64,000 bases of DNA. Source: Dehalococcoidia bacterium. GTDB lineage: Bacteria > Chloroflexota > Dehalococcoidia > Lucifugimonadales > SHYT01. Under the pieces are notes generated by a model that saw only the letters and a list, made by a program, of their open reading frames with translations, had not been told where the DNA came from and made no database searches. Of this stretch, positions 38,348 to 48,984 are shown piece by piece (position 1 is the stretch's first letter; each line of letters starts with the position of its first letter). Made by a program: the position numbers and the translations under genes. The DNA lies in the NCBI GenBank assembly GCA_009692665.1, contig SHYT01000005.1:57758-121757 (forward strand), read 5' to 3'.

Positions 38348-39590
38348 TGAGGAACTGACCCGCCCCCAGAGTTTGTACCACAGGTTATGAGACATTGCCA
38401 GCCCCTGGGCTTGTAGATGCGGTGAGGATGACCACTGGCGCAGGCGGCCGGTAGCCCAGGGAGGTGTGTGGGCGGATGTAGTTGTACTCGTGGCGCCCCT
38501 CCTCGCAGAGCACCTCCACCTCCCAGAGCGTCTCAAACACCTCCCGGTTCAGCAGCTCGTCCCGCAGCTTCCCATTGAAGCTCTCGATGTAGCCGTTCTC
38601 CCAGGAACTCCCCGGCTCAACGAAGAGCGTCTTCGCCCCCACTCGCCGCAGCCAGTGCCGGACAATCTTCGCCTGAATTCCGGGCCGTTGTCCGACCGGA
38701 TGTGCTCGGGCACCCCACGCTCCACCATGAGTCTCCCCAGGCAGTCCAGCACGTGGACCGAGCGCAGTCGTCGTGCCACCTCAATCGCCAGGCACTCTCG
38801 CGTGTACTTGTCCACGATGGTGAGCAGCTTGACCGGCCTGCCGTCGCTGGTCCGCAAGGCCACGAAGTCGTAGGCCCACACGTGGTTCCGGTGCTCGGGC
38901 CGCAGCCGGACCAGGGAGCCGTCGACCAGCCAGAGCCGTCCCCGCTTGGGCTGTTTAGCGGGCACCTTGAGTCCTTCCCGCCGCCAGATGCGCTCCACCC
39001 GCTTGTGGTTCACGTCCCAGACGTCCCACCGCAGCAAGGCCGTGACCCGCTGGTAGCCGTAGCGCCCGTACCGGCTCGCCAGTTGGACGACGGAATTGGT
39101 CAGCGCCTCCTCGTCGTCAGCGACGCGCGGGGTATAGCGCTGGGTGGCCCGTGGCTGCCCTAGTGCCCGGCAGACACGCCGCTCGGAGACCTGCAGCCGC
39201 TCTCGCACCGCTGCCACGCATCGCCGCCGACGGGCCGGGCTCAAAAGTTTCCCCGGGCTAGCCTCCTTGAGAATCTGCTTGTCCAGCGTGAGGTCGGCCA
39301 CCACGTGTCGCAGACGGCTGTTTTCCGCTTCCAGCTCCCGGAGCCGCTTGGCCTGGTCGACCTTCAGGCCGCCGTACTCCTGGCGCCACCGGTAAACCGT
39401 GTGGTCGGAGACCCCGATCCGCCGGCACACCTGTGCCACCGTCTCCCTCCTGGGCCAGGCCTAGCTCCACCTCCCGCAGCTTGGTGATGATCTCTTCCGT
39501 GGTCCGCTGTTTTCTCGGCATCGCTGCCCCTTTTTTGTACCGTCCAGTCTGATCTTTCAGACGGAGCAGTTCTAAGGGGTCAGGTCAACA
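38348..39590 (-). mobile_element. IS3-family insertion sequence (~1.24 kb), degraded
   Basis: Imperfect terminal inverted repeats TGAGGAACTGACCC (38348-38361) and GGGTCAGGTCAACA (39577-39590), 11 of 14 matching, with TG...CA ends. Encloses transposase fragments. No clear target duplication was seen. Confidence 0.7.
38385..39521 (-). pseudogene. IS3-family transposase (HTH + DDE/RNaseH-fold) split over three frames
   Basis: MPRKQRTTEEIITKLREVELGLAQ shifts frame near 39440-39460 into VAQVCRRIGVSDHTVYRWRQEYGG. The DDE region SDNGPEF shifts again near 38640-38700 into FVEPGSSWENGYIESFNGKLRDE. Confidence 0.8.
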
Positions 39591-39752
39591 TTCCTTCTCA
39601 CTAACACCTTGTGGCTCCAAGGTATTCAGTTAGATTCGTGTTGGGCTCGAACATCCTTCATACATATGAATGGCCTGCGCCAAAGCGGGCGGTTTGGCAT
39701 AGGCATCCCGCATACTCGTCGTCGTGTTACAAAGCTCAATAGCATCGGAGCG

Positions 39753-41243
39753 CTATTCCAGCCCCTTTATCTCCAATGTACTCACCGTACTGGTCGCCAA
39801 ATCCGCGACGCGGATGAGGTGGTTGTTGGTGTCGGCGATGTAGAGCTTGCCGTGGGCGGCGGACAGGCCGCCCGGCTCGTGGAAGGACGCGAGGGCGCCG
39901 GGGCCGTCCTGCTTGCCGGGCTTGCCAGCGCCCAGGTAGGCCATTGAGCTTTTGGTGCGCGGGAACACGCGCTTGATTTTGCTGTTGAAGGTATCAGCAA
40001 GGTACAGGATGTCCTGATAGGAGCAGACGCCCAGCGGGTGTTGCAGTTTCACTATCTCGCCCATACCGTCCACGTCGCCGAACGCGAACAGGTCCGAGCC
40101 GACAATTGTCCGCACAAACCCGTCCAGCCTCAGCTCAACCGCGCGGACGGAGCTGGTCTCGCTATCGGCAACGTACATGATGTCGCCGTGGATGGACAGG
40201 CCGCTGGGCTGGGCCATCTTCGCGTTCGCCAGAGGCCCGTCGCCGAGGCCCTCTGCGCCGGAGCCAGCGAACGGCAGGATCTTCTTCTTCTTCAGGTCCA
40301 GCACCCAGATCTGGTGGAACCCTGCCATGGCGATGTAGAGCATTCCGTCCTTGTGCGCCAGGTCCCACGGTGAGCTGAGCGCCGTCTCCAGCGCATCGCC
40401 GCCGTCGCTGTGCTGGAACGCCTGCGAGCCGACGCCCGCCACGGTCTCCACGGTCTTGGCCACCAGATCCAGCTTGCGGATGGTGTGGTTCTCGTTATCC
40501 GCCACGTACAGGTCTTGTCCGACGAGGGCCATGCCCTGCGGCGCGTTGAATGTTGCTTCCGCAAACAGCCCGTCCAGCATGCCGAAGTCGCCGCTGCCCG
40601 CCACGCTCAGTACCTGGCCATCCAAGTCCGCCACCACAATCTGGTGATGGTTTGAGTCAGCAATGAAGAGGCGGTTGGACTTCTCGTCCGCCAACACCTT
40701 GCCGGGGAAAGAGAGCGGGCCAAGCTCCGGCCGCTCAAGCTGGAACGGAAGCGGCTTGCGGTCAACCCAACCCTTCTGGTCAAACTCCGCAATCATGTCT
40801 TTGATAACAGCACCTAACCCAACCGCTGTTATCTCGCCCTCATGGATGCCCATGATTTTGCCTTGCGGGTCAATGAACATGAGCGTGGGCCACGAGCGCA
40901 GGCCGTACGAGCGCCAGACCCGGAAGTCCCGGTCATTCATCACGGGGTGCGGAATGCCCAGGCGCAGGACAGCTTTCCGCAAATTTTGCGTTTCTTTCTC
41001 CTGTGGAAACTTGGGCGAATGGATGCCCAGGACGACGAGTTCTTCCACGAACCGCTTTTCCAGAATGCGTAGCTGGGGAATGATGTGCATGCAGTTGATA
41101 CAGCAGTACGTCCAAAAATCCAGGATGACGATCTTGCCGCGCAGGTCTTTGAGGCTGACCGGCTGTGAGGTGTTGATCCAGTCCACACCCGTAGGGAACT
41201 CTTTGACCTCGGTAGTGCCCGCAAACGATTTCTCGGTCGTCAT
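39753..41243 (-). CDS. Thioredoxin-like domain + NHL-repeat beta-propeller protein (NHLRC2-like)
   Basis: ILDFWTYCCINCMHIIPQL Trx-like motif, followed by repeated NHL-type blades (LYVADNENHTIRKL, MYVADSETSSVRAV, LYIADTNNHLIRV). Confidence 0.85.
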   Translation of the reverse strand: MTTEKSFAGTTEVKEFPTGVDWINTSQPVSLKDLRGKIVILDFWTYCCINCMHIIPQLRILEKRFVEELVVLGIHSPKFPQEKETQNLRKAVLRLGIPHPVMNDRDFRVWRSYGLRSWPTLMFIDPQGKIMGIHEGEITAVGLGAVIKDMIAEFDQKGWVDRKPLPFQLERPELGPLSFPGKVLADEKSNRLFIADSNHHQIVVADLDGQVLSVAGSGDFGMLDGLFAEATFNAPQGMALVGQDLYVADNENHTIRKLDLVAKTVETVAGVGSQAFQHSDGGDALETALSSPWDLAHKDGMLYIAMAGFHQIWVLDLKKKKILPFAGSGAEGLGDGPLANAKMAQPSGLSIHGDIMYVADSETSSVRAVELRLDGFVRTIVGSDLFAFGDVDGMGEIVKLQHPLGVCSYQDILYLADTFNSKIKRVFPRTKSSMAYLGAGKPGKQDGPGALASFHEPGGLSAAHGKLYIADTNNHLIRVADLATSTVSTLEIKGLE

Positions 41244-41309
41244 TCCACTCCCCCGCGGTGTGTTCGCAGATATCTTGACGCTCGAAAACAGCGCGTATCA
41301 GTATTATAG

Positions 41310-42275
41310 GTGAATATGAATTCGAAGACCGCCGCCCCGCCCGCATCACAGCATACGATGCGAGTACATCGGCTGCTGCTTGAGTGGTTCGCCACGCACA
41401 AGCGCGATATGCCGTGGCGGCGCACTCGTGACCCGTTCGCCATCCTCGTGTCCGAGTTCATGCTCCAGCAGACGCAGGTCGCCCGCGTGACGCCCAAGTA
41501 CGAAGTGTTTATGACGCGTTTTCCGACTATCGAAGCGCTGGCCGCCGCATCCGTGAGCGAGGTGTTGAAGGCGTGGTCAGGCCTGGGCTACAACATGCGG
41601 TCGATCAGGCTGCACCGCGTGGCGCAGGAAGTCGTCAAGTCGTTTGGCGGCACCATCCCGTCCGCGCCGGATGACCTGCGAAAGCTGCCGGGCATTGGTG
41701 CGTACTCCGCCGCGGCGGTGGCCTGCTTCGCCTTTGCTGCGCAAATGCCTACTATTGACGTCAACGTCCGCCGGGTCGTGGGCCGCGTGCTGTTCGGCAT
41801 CGAGTCGCCGTCCGTCAAGGAAATGGACCAAGCGGCCACCGACCTGCTGCCGACGGGCAAGGCCCGCGACTGGAACTTGGCGCTGATGGACCTGGGCGCA
41901 ACGGTGTGCACAGCAAAGCGTCCCCATTGCTTTGAGTGCCCGCTGCGCGACGGCTGCGTGGCCGCTCCCGAGTTTGAAAGCCCGTTGCGCCAGGTCGCAG
42001 AATCTACAGTCACCTACAAGGCGAAGCAGCCGTTCCGCGAGTCCAACCGCTACTACCGCGGACGCATCGTGGAAGCGCTGCGGCACGTGCCGGACGATGG
42101 GGTGCCGCTGGCTAGGCTTGGCCCTACTGTAAAGGACGGTTTTAAGAACCGCGACCTGCCGTGGTTGAAAAAGCTTGTGGACGGGCTGGCCAAGGACGGG
42201 CTGGTGTTTGTTATAGAGAGTGGGAACGATCCGGCGAGTGAAGGGGACATAACGGTTTCTTTGCCTGGTGGCTAG
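41310..42275 (+). CDS. mutY: A/G-specific adenine DNA glycosylase (MutY/HhH-GPD family)
   Basis: PWRRTRDPFAILVSEFMLQQTQV, the HhH motif LPGIGAYSAAAV and the Fe-S loop CTAKRPHCFECPLRDGC. Start uncertain. Confidence 0.85.
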   Translation: MNMNSKTAAPPASQHTMRVHRLLLEWFATHKRDMPWRRTRDPFAILVSEFMLQQTQVARVTPKYEVFMTRFPTIEALAAASVSEVLKAWSGLGYNMRSIRLHRVAQEVVKSFGGTIPSAPDDLRKLPGIGAYSAAAVACFAFAAQMPTIDVNVRRVVGRVLFGIESPSVKEMDQAATDLLPTGKARDWNLALMDLGATVCTAKRPHCFECPLRDGCVAAPEFESPLRQVAESTVTYKAKQPFRESNRYYRGRIVEALRHVPDDGVPLARLGPTVKDGFKNRDLPWLKKLVDGLAKDGLVFVIESGNDPASEGDITVSLPGG

Positions 42276-42308
42276 TGAGCACAGGAAGGAGTTCCCCACC
42301 GGGGCCGC

Positions 42309-42998
42309 CTAGTTTCGCGTACCCGCCAAGTAGGTCTGCAAGGCATCCCCCACCACAGTTCTCAGCTTTGTCCATGGGTCTTTCACAATGGATAGCTCGT
42401 AGGTACTGGACTGGGCGTACGTCTTGCCGAGATAAGGAAAGTAGAGGAGGGTGGCGATCCAGAACCCTGGTTGGATTGTTGCGGGGTCAAATTCTGCAAG
42501 GATGAACCCATCGGCGCCGCTGACCTGCCAGCACGCGAGCGGCTTGCCGTTGTGCGCCAGTGCAATCGCCTCAGTCCAGGAGGCGCGGCGATCCATGCCG
42601 GTCAGGTCGTCCATGAGCTCCAGCAGGCGCTCCGCCCGGATTACATCTGTGGCCTCGTCACCGGCGAAGCGGTGGGTGCGCACACTGTCCCACTGCTCCC
42701 ACAACGACGGTACGAGGAGGCCGCCATCGGTTGCAAGCGCGAACGAGCCGGGCACTTTCTCGGACCAGGCAACCGCCTTGAGCATGGCGTTCTCTTGATG
42801 TGTCTTGCCGGTCTCCGGCACGTCCAGCCGGAGGTTTAGGGACTGCGGGGAGTGGATAGTGCCTGAAACGTTTTCGAGCACCCAGCGGAGCCGGGCCTGT
42901 TTGGCCTCGTTGCTGGTCGCCAGGAGTATCCGGGGAGCAGCCACAGCTCGACGCCTCTCACAACAGATGGGCAGAAATCCCGTGCGGTGGAAAGCCAT
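42309..42998 (-). CDS. Divergent Ham1/RdgB-like (ITPase-fold) protein
   Basis: RILLATSNEAKQARL..PETGKTHQENAMLKA..ALATDGGLLV matches the N-terminal half of the ITPase family. The C-terminal half is divergent. An alternative GTG start lies at 42944, after GAGAGG. Confidence 0.5.
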   Translation of the reverse strand: MAFHRTGFLPICCERRRAVAAPRILLATSNEAKQARLRWVLENVSGTIHSPQSLNLRLDVPETGKTHQENAMLKAVAWSEKVPGSFALATDGGLLVPSLWEQWDSVRTHRFAGDEATDVIRAERLLELMDDLTGMDRRASWTEAIALAHNGKPLACWQVSGADGFILAEFDPATIQPGFWIATLLYFPYLGKTYAQSSTYELSIVKDPWTKLRTVVGDALQTYLAGTRN

Positions 42999-43090
42999 AC
43001 AAATTGTGCCACGGGTACCGCATGAACGCCAGCCGTGGGTCGGCAGAGGGGATAAAGGTTATCTGGCGGTGGAACAGATAGAGTGAAAGA

Positions 43091-44386
43091 ATGACCGAGA
43101 TGAAGATAGCTGTCATCGCTCTCACGCTTTTGCTGCTTGCGGGCGCATGCCAGCAGACTGCGGGTACGGTGTCCACGCCGCCCTCCGGTGCGCCCACGCC
43201 GTCGGCAGGAGCCAAGCCATCACCTGCGCCGCCGACGGACAGCGGGTCTCCCGCTCCGGCTGCTCCTGCGCCCGCGTCGCAAGCCACCGGTCCGCTGCCA
43301 TCGCTGCGGGCGGAACAGGTCTTCAAGCGCCTGCCTTCTAACGCCATTACCAAGCCGGTGTTCATAACTTCGCCGCCTGGAGACACGGCGCACGTGGTTA
43401 TTCTTTCTCAAGACGGCAAAGCGTACCTATTCAACAATGATCCGAACGTCAACAGCGCGCAGGTGTTCATTGACCTCACCAGCAACATCAGCCGCGACCG
43501 CGGTGAAGAGGGGCTTCTGGGCATCGCGTTCCACCCACAGTACCAGACCAACGGCTATGTGTACTTGTACTACTCGGCGTCGGGTGGCGCCCGCCGCACG
43601 GTGCTGAGTCGCTTCACTGCCAACGCCGGGCGCACGGCGCTTGATCCGGGCAGCGAGGTACTACTGCTAGAAGCCCCCCAGCCGTTCCCCAACCACAAGG
43701 GAGGGATGCTGACCTTTGGGCCTGACGGTTACCTTTACCTGGGCCTTGGGGACGGCGGCAGCGGCGGCGACCCGCAGGGGAACGGGCAGAACCTGCGCGC
43801 GCTGCTAGGAAAGATACTGCGCATTGATGTGAACTCGCAGGCGAGCGGGCTGAAGTATGGCATCCCACCGGATAATCCATTCGCCAACCGTGCTGAGGCC
43901 AGGCCGGAGATTTACGCGTACGGCATGCGCAATCCGTGGAGGTTCTCGTTTGACCGCGCCATCGGCCAACTGTGGGTTGGCGATGTTGGGCAGGACGCAC
44001 GTGAAGAGGTGGACGTTGTGCAGAAGGGCGGCAACTACGGGTGGAACATTATGGAGGGCAAGAACTGCTACCAGCCCAAGACGGGGTGCAACCAGCAGGA
44101 CTTACAACTGCCCGTCGCTGACTACGGACATGACCTTGGCTGCTCGGTTACGGGCGGCTACGTCTATCGGGGCAAGGAAATGCCGGCGCTGGTGGGCGCG
44201 TACCTTTACTCCGACTTTTGTTCCGGCCGTGTCTGGGCGCTCCGCTACCAAAACGGGCAGGTGACCGAACAGGCGCAAGTGGCCGATACGAAAGTGCAGG
44301 TGACGTCATTTGCGGAAGACCCCGCCGGGGAACTCTACCTGCTTTCGTATGACGGCAAGATCTACCGTCTGCGCGCGGCGAATTAA
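43091..44386 (+). CDS. PQQ-dependent sugar (glucose/sorbosone) dehydrogenase-like lipoprotein
   Basis: Lipobox LLLAGAC and a Pro/Ala-rich linker. Also GLLGIAFHPQY, HKGGMLTFGPDGYLYLGLGDGG and RNPWRFSFD. Confidence 0.88.
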   Translation: MTEMKIAVIALTLLLLAGACQQTAGTVSTPPSGAPTPSAGAKPSPAPPTDSGSPAPAAPAPASQATGPLPSLRAEQVFKRLPSNAITKPVFITSPPGDTAHVVILSQDGKAYLFNNDPNVNSAQVFIDLTSNISRDRGEEGLLGIAFHPQYQTNGYVYLYYSASGGARRTVLSRFTANAGRTALDPGSEVLLLEAPQPFPNHKGGMLTFGPDGYLYLGLGDGGSGGDPQGNGQNLRALLGKILRIDVNSQASGLKYGIPPDNPFANRAEARPEIYAYGMRNPWRFSFDRAIGQLWVGDVGQDAREEVDVVQKGGNYGWNIMEGKNCYQPKTGCNQQDLQLPVADYGHDLGCSVTGGYVYRGKEMPALVGAYLYSDFCSGRVWALRYQNGQVTEQAQVADTKVQVTSFAEDPAGELYLLSYDGKIYRLRAAN

Positions 44387-44447
44387 CAAGAAGCCGCTCG
44401 CGGTTGTGGCCACGATCGACTCTACGTTCCTGCGTGACGCCGGAAGA

Positions 44448-45047
44448 CTACGCCGCTTTTCCCCTCTTGACTTCGGCCTTGTCTACAACCGGGACCCGCT
44501 GGTGGTACGAGCGCAACATCCACGCGGTCTTCCGATGCTTCATCAGGATGTCCTGGAGCATATTCTCCGTGGCGGGGTCATGGTGCTCGTCACACGTTTC
44601 AATGTAATCGTGCAAGCTTTCAGATACATGGTCGTGAACTTCCATAAGCTCTTCGAGCATCTTCAAGGCTTCTGGAAGATGCCCAGGGTGCTCCTGTAAT
44701 TTGGTGTGTTGCTTCATTTCCGCCAGCGTGCCAATGGCGATGCCGCCCGCCGTCCTCACTTGTTCGGCCACGTCATCGACGATTTGGTTGAACATCCCGT
44801 ACTGCTCATCCAGGAGACGGTGCATCTCCATGAAGCTTGGCTCAACGACGTTCCAGTGGAAGTTGCGGGTCTTGGTGTAAAGCATCAACTCGTCCGCGGG
44901 AAGCAAGTTCAACATCTTGGCCACAGCGATTCGGTCTTCGTGCGATTGATGTTCCTGTTTCGGTACATCCACCTCCTTCACATCTTCATCTCCAACCATA
45001 ACAACCGCAGCATCGGCCTGCCGAGCCTGCAACCGATAAAAAAACAA
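44448..45047 (-). CDS. dps: Dps-family DNA-binding ferritin-like protein
   Basis: LYTKTRNFHWNVVEPSFMEMHRLLDEQY ferroxidase-site region. Start uncertain (44999 or 44915 are possible). Confidence 0.85.
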   Translation of the reverse strand: MFFYRLQARQADAAVVMVGDEDVKEVDVPKQEHQSHEDRIAVAKMLNLLPADELMLYTKTRNFHWNVVEPSFMEMHRLLDEQYGMFNQIVDDVAEQVRTAGGIAIGTLAEMKQHTKLQEHPGHLPEALKMLEELMEVHDHVSESLHDYIETCDEHHDPATENMLQDILMKHRKTAWMLRSYHQRVPVVDKAEVKRGKAA

Positions 45048-45088
45048 GCAAAAGGTCGCTAACCTTCTTGGACAGTAGCGAGCCGATG

Positions 45089-46828
45089 CTAGCGGCGGCG
45101 GAACTCACGTTCCAGTTGCGATGCACTCAAGTGCATGGTCGTAGGGCGGCCATGGGGGCAGGTGTTTGGCTCGCGGCAGGCGTGCAGGAGGCGGAGCATC
45201 TCAGCCATCTCCGTCATGTTCAGCGCTTGGCCCGCGCGCACTGAGCCGTGGCAGGCCGTAGTCGCCGCCAGGCGCTCCTCCCACGTCGGGAACGCCGTTT
45301 CGCTCGCGGCTGCGTCAAGCAATTCCGTGAGGGCGCGATTGGCGCCCTTGGCCACCAGCACCGCCGGCATAGCGCGGACCAATAGAGTCCGCGCTCCAAA
45401 GGGCTCAAGATGCCATCCGTACTGTGCAGGCAGGTCACCCAGTAACGCCAGCGTTTCCTGCTGCTGCGGCGCTAGTTCCACTGCCTCCGGATTGAGTAGC
45501 CCCTGCGAGTCTGGAGCCTGCAGCTCGGCCCCCCAGCGGAGGCGCTCATACTGCACCCGCTCGTGCGCGGCGTGCTGGTCAATCAGGTAGATACCATCCG
45601 GCCCCTCCGCCACAATGTACATAGTCTGCATCTGCCCCAGGACGTGGAGTTGCGGCAGCGCCTCATGCGGGGGCATGACGGACTGGTCGGGCCGCTCACC
45701 GGCAGGGGGCTGCTGAGCGATTCTGGGCGAGGTTAAGGGAAGTGGTTGCGGTGGAGTTGCGCCAAGTGCGGGTGGGGCCGAGGCAGCCTGACGGACTGTT
45801 GGGGTATTGATGCTAGGCACCGGCGACTGCACCAGCAGCGTCGTGCGCACTGCACGCTGCACCGCCCCAAACACCGCGCCCTCCAACCGGAACCGCACTT
45901 CAGACTTGGTAGGATGCACGTTGATATCGACATCACCAGGAGGCACCGACACCGTCAGCACTGCAATGGGATGCCGTCCCTGTGTCAGCAGGCCCAGGTA
46001 CGCCTGCTCCACAGCGGCGACGAGTGAACGGTTCTGGATAGGCCTTCGATTCACAAACAACGTGATATAGCTGCGGTTCCCGCGGCTGAGCTCCGGCGGG
46101 CTAATAAGCCCCCGCACCCGCACATCCGCTGCGTTCGGGACATCCGAAGGCGCAGATGTTGCCTCCAGCAATACGCGTGCAACGTCAGCCCCATACAGAG
46201 TGGCTGCCGCATCCCGTAACGTACCAGTCCCGTGAGACGCCAGCGTCTCTTTGCTATCTGACTTGAGAGAGAACGCTACTTCGGGATAAGCCAGGACGTA
46301 CAGACCAAGCAGGGTCGCAACGCGGGATGCCTCAGTCTGCGCCGATTTCAAGAACTTCCGCCGTGCCGGGAAGTCTGCAAACAGCTTGCTGACGGTGATG
46401 GTTGTGCCCTGCGGGGCCCCCTGCGGCACATGGCGCATCGCCTCGCCCGCGCGCACATCCACGAGGCTGCCCACGTCCTCACCAAGGTGGTGCGTCAGCA
46501 CGCTCACGGACGATACCGCGGCAATGGAGTAGAGTGCCTCCCCACGGAAGCCCAGCGTTGCTACACGCTCCAGGTCATCAGCCGATTGCAACTTGCTGGT
46601 GGCGTGCCGCTGGAATAGCATTTCCGTGTCAGCAGATGCAATGCCGCGCCCATTATCCGTCACGCGGATATGCTCAATGCCGCCTTCCAGTAGCTCGATG
46701 GCAACGCGGATGGCGCCTGCGTCCAGCGCGTTCTCCACCAGCTCTTTCACTACAGAAGAAGGCCGCTCGACCACTTCGCCAGCGGCGATTTTTGCGGCAA
46801 CATCGGGCGGCAGGCGGTGGATTGGCAT
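45089..46828 (-). CDS. mutL: DNA mismatch repair protein MutL
   Basis: IAAGEVVERPSSVVKELVENALDAGA and DNGRGI, with FRGEALYSIAAVS and a C-terminal dimerisation region. Confidence 0.95.
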   Translation of the reverse strand: MPIHRLPPDVAAKIAAGEVVERPSSVVKELVENALDAGAIRVAIELLEGGIEHIRVTDNGRGIASADTEMLFQRHATSKLQSADDLERVATLGFRGEALYSIAAVSSVSVLTHHLGEDVGSLVDVRAGEAMRHVPQGAPQGTTITVSKLFADFPARRKFLKSAQTEASRVATLLGLYVLAYPEVAFSLKSDSKETLASHGTGTLRDAAATLYGADVARVLLEATSAPSDVPNAADVRVRGLISPPELSRGNRSYITLFVNRRPIQNRSLVAAVEQAYLGLLTQGRHPIAVLTVSVPPGDVDINVHPTKSEVRFRLEGAVFGAVQRAVRTTLLVQSPVPSINTPTVRQAASAPPALGATPPQPLPLTSPRIAQQPPAGERPDQSVMPPHEALPQLHVLGQMQTMYIVAEGPDGIYLIDQHAAHERVQYERLRWGAELQAPDSQGLLNPEAVELAPQQQETLALLGDLPAQYGWHLEPFGARTLLVRAMPAVLVAKGANRALTELLDAAASETAFPTWEERLAATTACHGSVRAGQALNMTEMAEMLRLLHACREPNTCPHGRPTTMHLSASQLEREFRRR

Positions 46829-46830
46829 GG

Positions 46831-47295
46831 CTAGAGCTGCGATGTCTTTGCAGCAGCCCGAAACGCGGCATCGCTGGACGTGCCCGTGGTGCGGAAATCC
46901 GTAATGATGCGGTAGACGCGCTCCATCTCGCGGTCGCGCTCATCCGCCATCCAGAACGGCCTGACGGTAATGCCGCCCAGCACGCCGCAAATCTCGGGGT
47001 AATCGTCAACAATCAAGTCAGGGCGCACAGGAAGCTCTTTGCGCTCCAGCATCCCATTGACGATCTCCAAATAATTTTGGATGGGCTTTTCAAAGACGCC
47101 GCTCACGTACGGTTCCAGGCCGTGCGTGCGCACCACCTGCCATCGAACGCCCATGCCGGACCAGATGTAGATGTCGTCTCCGTCTGCTTTCAGCTTCTCA
47201 AATGTCTCCTTGACCAGCGGCCTCAGCTTGCCATTGACTGAAATGATGGTGTAATCGATATCGAAGAACAGGTTCACGCACCGCTCCTTCTTCAT
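46831..47295 (-). CDS. HAD-superfamily hydrolase-like protein
   Basis: LFFDIDYTI (DxDxT motif) close to the N-terminus. 2 nt upstream of mutL. The start is set at MKKERC. Confidence 0.65.
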   Translation of the reverse strand: MKKERCVNLFFDIDYTIISVNGKLRPLVKETFEKLKADGDDIYIWSGMGVRWQVVRTHGLEPYVSGVFEKPIQNYLEIVNGMLERKELPVRPDLIVDDYPEICGVLGGITVRPFWMADERDREMERVYRIITDFRTTGTSSDAAFRAAAKTSQL

Positions 47296-47414
47296 TGCAC
47301 ATAACCCTGTTGAGTCTAAAGAACCCGCACACACGCGTCAATCAACGAGCACACCCTCGCCTTGTCGCGCTGATGGGCAAGCGATACAATGCCGCGCATG
47401 AGCAGGAGAAGCCA

Positions 47415-48356
47415 ATGGCAGGCGTTCTGGCGTTAGCGGGCGGTGTGGGTGGCGCGAAGCTGGTATGGGGGCTCGCCCAAATCCTCACGCCTGACAACCT
47501 TACCGTGGTGGTGAACACCGGCGATGACGACGAGTTCCACGGCCTGCACGTTTCCCCAGACCTGGACACGGTGATGTACACACTGGCAGGCATGGCGAAC
47601 CCGGAGACCGGCTGGGGGCTGGTGGGCGAGACGTTTCAAGCGCTGGCCGCGCTCCAAAAGCTGGGCGCACCGACCTGGTTCAACCTGGGCGATAGGGACC
47701 TGGCCACGCACATTCGCCGCACCGAGCTCCTACGCAAGGGCTCAACGCTCTCCCACGTCACGGAGCAACTGTGCCAGCACCTGGGCGTCCGATGCCGCGT
47801 AGCCCCCATGACGGACGCTCGTGTACGCACTACTGTGACCACTGATCAGGGCGTCATGCCGTTCCAGGAGTATTTTGTGAAGCACCGCTGCGAGCCGCAG
47901 GTGAAGGACCTGGTTTTTAAGGGCGCGGACTGGGCGCTCCCTTCGCCAGGCTTCGACAAGGCGCTCCGTGAAGCCGACGCGATTGTCTTTTGTCCGTCCA
48001 ACCCGTTTGTGAGCATTGGTCCCATCATGGCCCTTCAGGGCGTGCGCCAGCGCATCGAGTTGTTCAAGGGCCCGCGCATCACCATCAGCCCCATCATCGG
48101 CGGCGAGGCGGTCAAAGGCCCTGCGGCCAAGATGTTCCGGGAGCTTGGTGAAGAGCCAAGCTCGCTGGCGGTGGCGCGCCGCATGTCGGGGCTGTGCACG
48201 CATTTTGTTCTGGACAATGTGGACGCGGCGCTTGTCCCGCAGGTGGTCAAGCTAGGAATGCAGGTGGAGGCCACGAATACGTTTATGACCACGCCTGAGG
48301 ACAAGATACGCCTGGCCATGTTTGTGTGTGGGTTGGCTGGCGTCTCTCTGAAGTAA
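47415..48356 (+). CDS. cofD: 2-phospho-L-lactate transferase (F420 biosynthesis) CofD/FbiA
   Basis: [12 protein letters not shown] and [32 protein letters not shown] 47415 follows AGGAGA. Confidence 0.9.
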   Translation: MAGVLALAGGVGGAKLVWGLAQILTPDNLTVVVNTGDDDEFHGLHVSPDLDTVMYTLAGMANPETGWGLVGETFQALAALQKLGAPTWFNLGDRDLATHIRRTELLRKGSTLSHVTEQLCQHLGVRCRVAPMTDARVRTTVTTDQGVMPFQEYFVKHRCEPQVKDLVFKGADWALPSPGFDKALREADAIVFCPSNPFVSIGPIMALQGVRQRIELFKGPRITISPIIGGEAVKGPAAKMFRELGEEPSSLAVARRMSGLCTHFVLDNVDAALVPQVVKLGMQVEATNTFMTTPEDKIRLAMFVCGLAGVSLK

Positions 48357-48440
48357 GCCACGTAGCGCTTTTGTCGCGGCACATTAAACGCCGATAAGCC
48401 CATAATAAGAGGAGCCTTCTTTGTGCCTAAGGAGCATTCC

Positions 48441-48932
48441 ATGCCAAACTCGAATGACGACCTGAAAACAAAGTACGATGCACTGGACTGGAAAGGGCCA
48501 ATCGACACGCCGGAAGCGATTGACTCCGGCTGCTTGTTCGGGTTCCCTTACGACTACCCGGACTCAAACGCCGAGGTGGTTATTGATACGGACGAGTTCA
48601 CAGCGGTGTGCCCGTGGACGGGGCTGCCGGACATTGGTCAGGTGGTCGTCCGCTACGTGCCAAGCCGTGTGTGCCTGGAGCTGAAGTCCATGAAATATTA
48701 CCTGCTGTCCTACCGCAACGTGGGCATTGTGCAGGAGCACGCCGCCAATCGCATGCTGCAGGACTTTGTCCGCGTGACACAGCCCAAGCGGATGCAACTG
48801 AAGCTGGACTACAAGGCGCGTGGCGGGATACACACGGTGGTGGAAGTAAGCTACGAGGCCGGGAAGAAGGGGTTAACTGGCTTTGCACAAGAAATGCCTC
48901 CTGCACAAATAATAAGACGTTTGCACAAATAA
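48441..48932 (+). CDS. queF: NADPH-dependent 7-cyano-7-deazaguanine reductase QueF
   Basis: EFTAVCPWTGLPDIG and ELKSMKYYLLSYRN, with GIVQEHAANR. ATG follows AAGGAG. Confidence 0.9.
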   Translation: MPNSNDDLKTKYDALDWKGPIDTPEAIDSGCLFGFPYDYPDSNAEVVIDTDEFTAVCPWTGLPDIGQVVVRYVPSRVCLELKSMKYYLLSYRNVGIVQEHAANRMLQDFVRVTQPKRMQLKLDYKARGGIHTVVEVSYEAGKKGLTGFAQEMPPAQIIRRLHK

Positions 48933-48984
48933 TCAGCCCGCCGCTGGTCATGTTACAATCCTGGCGGCTAAGCCTTGAATTGCT

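Noticed and set aside
39672-39740. Possible fourth, degenerate copy of the conserved leader element (…TTGGCATAGGCATCCCGCATACTCGTCGTCGTGTTACAAAGC…)
   Set aside because: Only the flanks (TTG…GCAT-N-CTCGTC…CAAAGC) resemble the family and the central core differs. It faces the 3' end of a convergent gene, so the similarity may be fortuitous.
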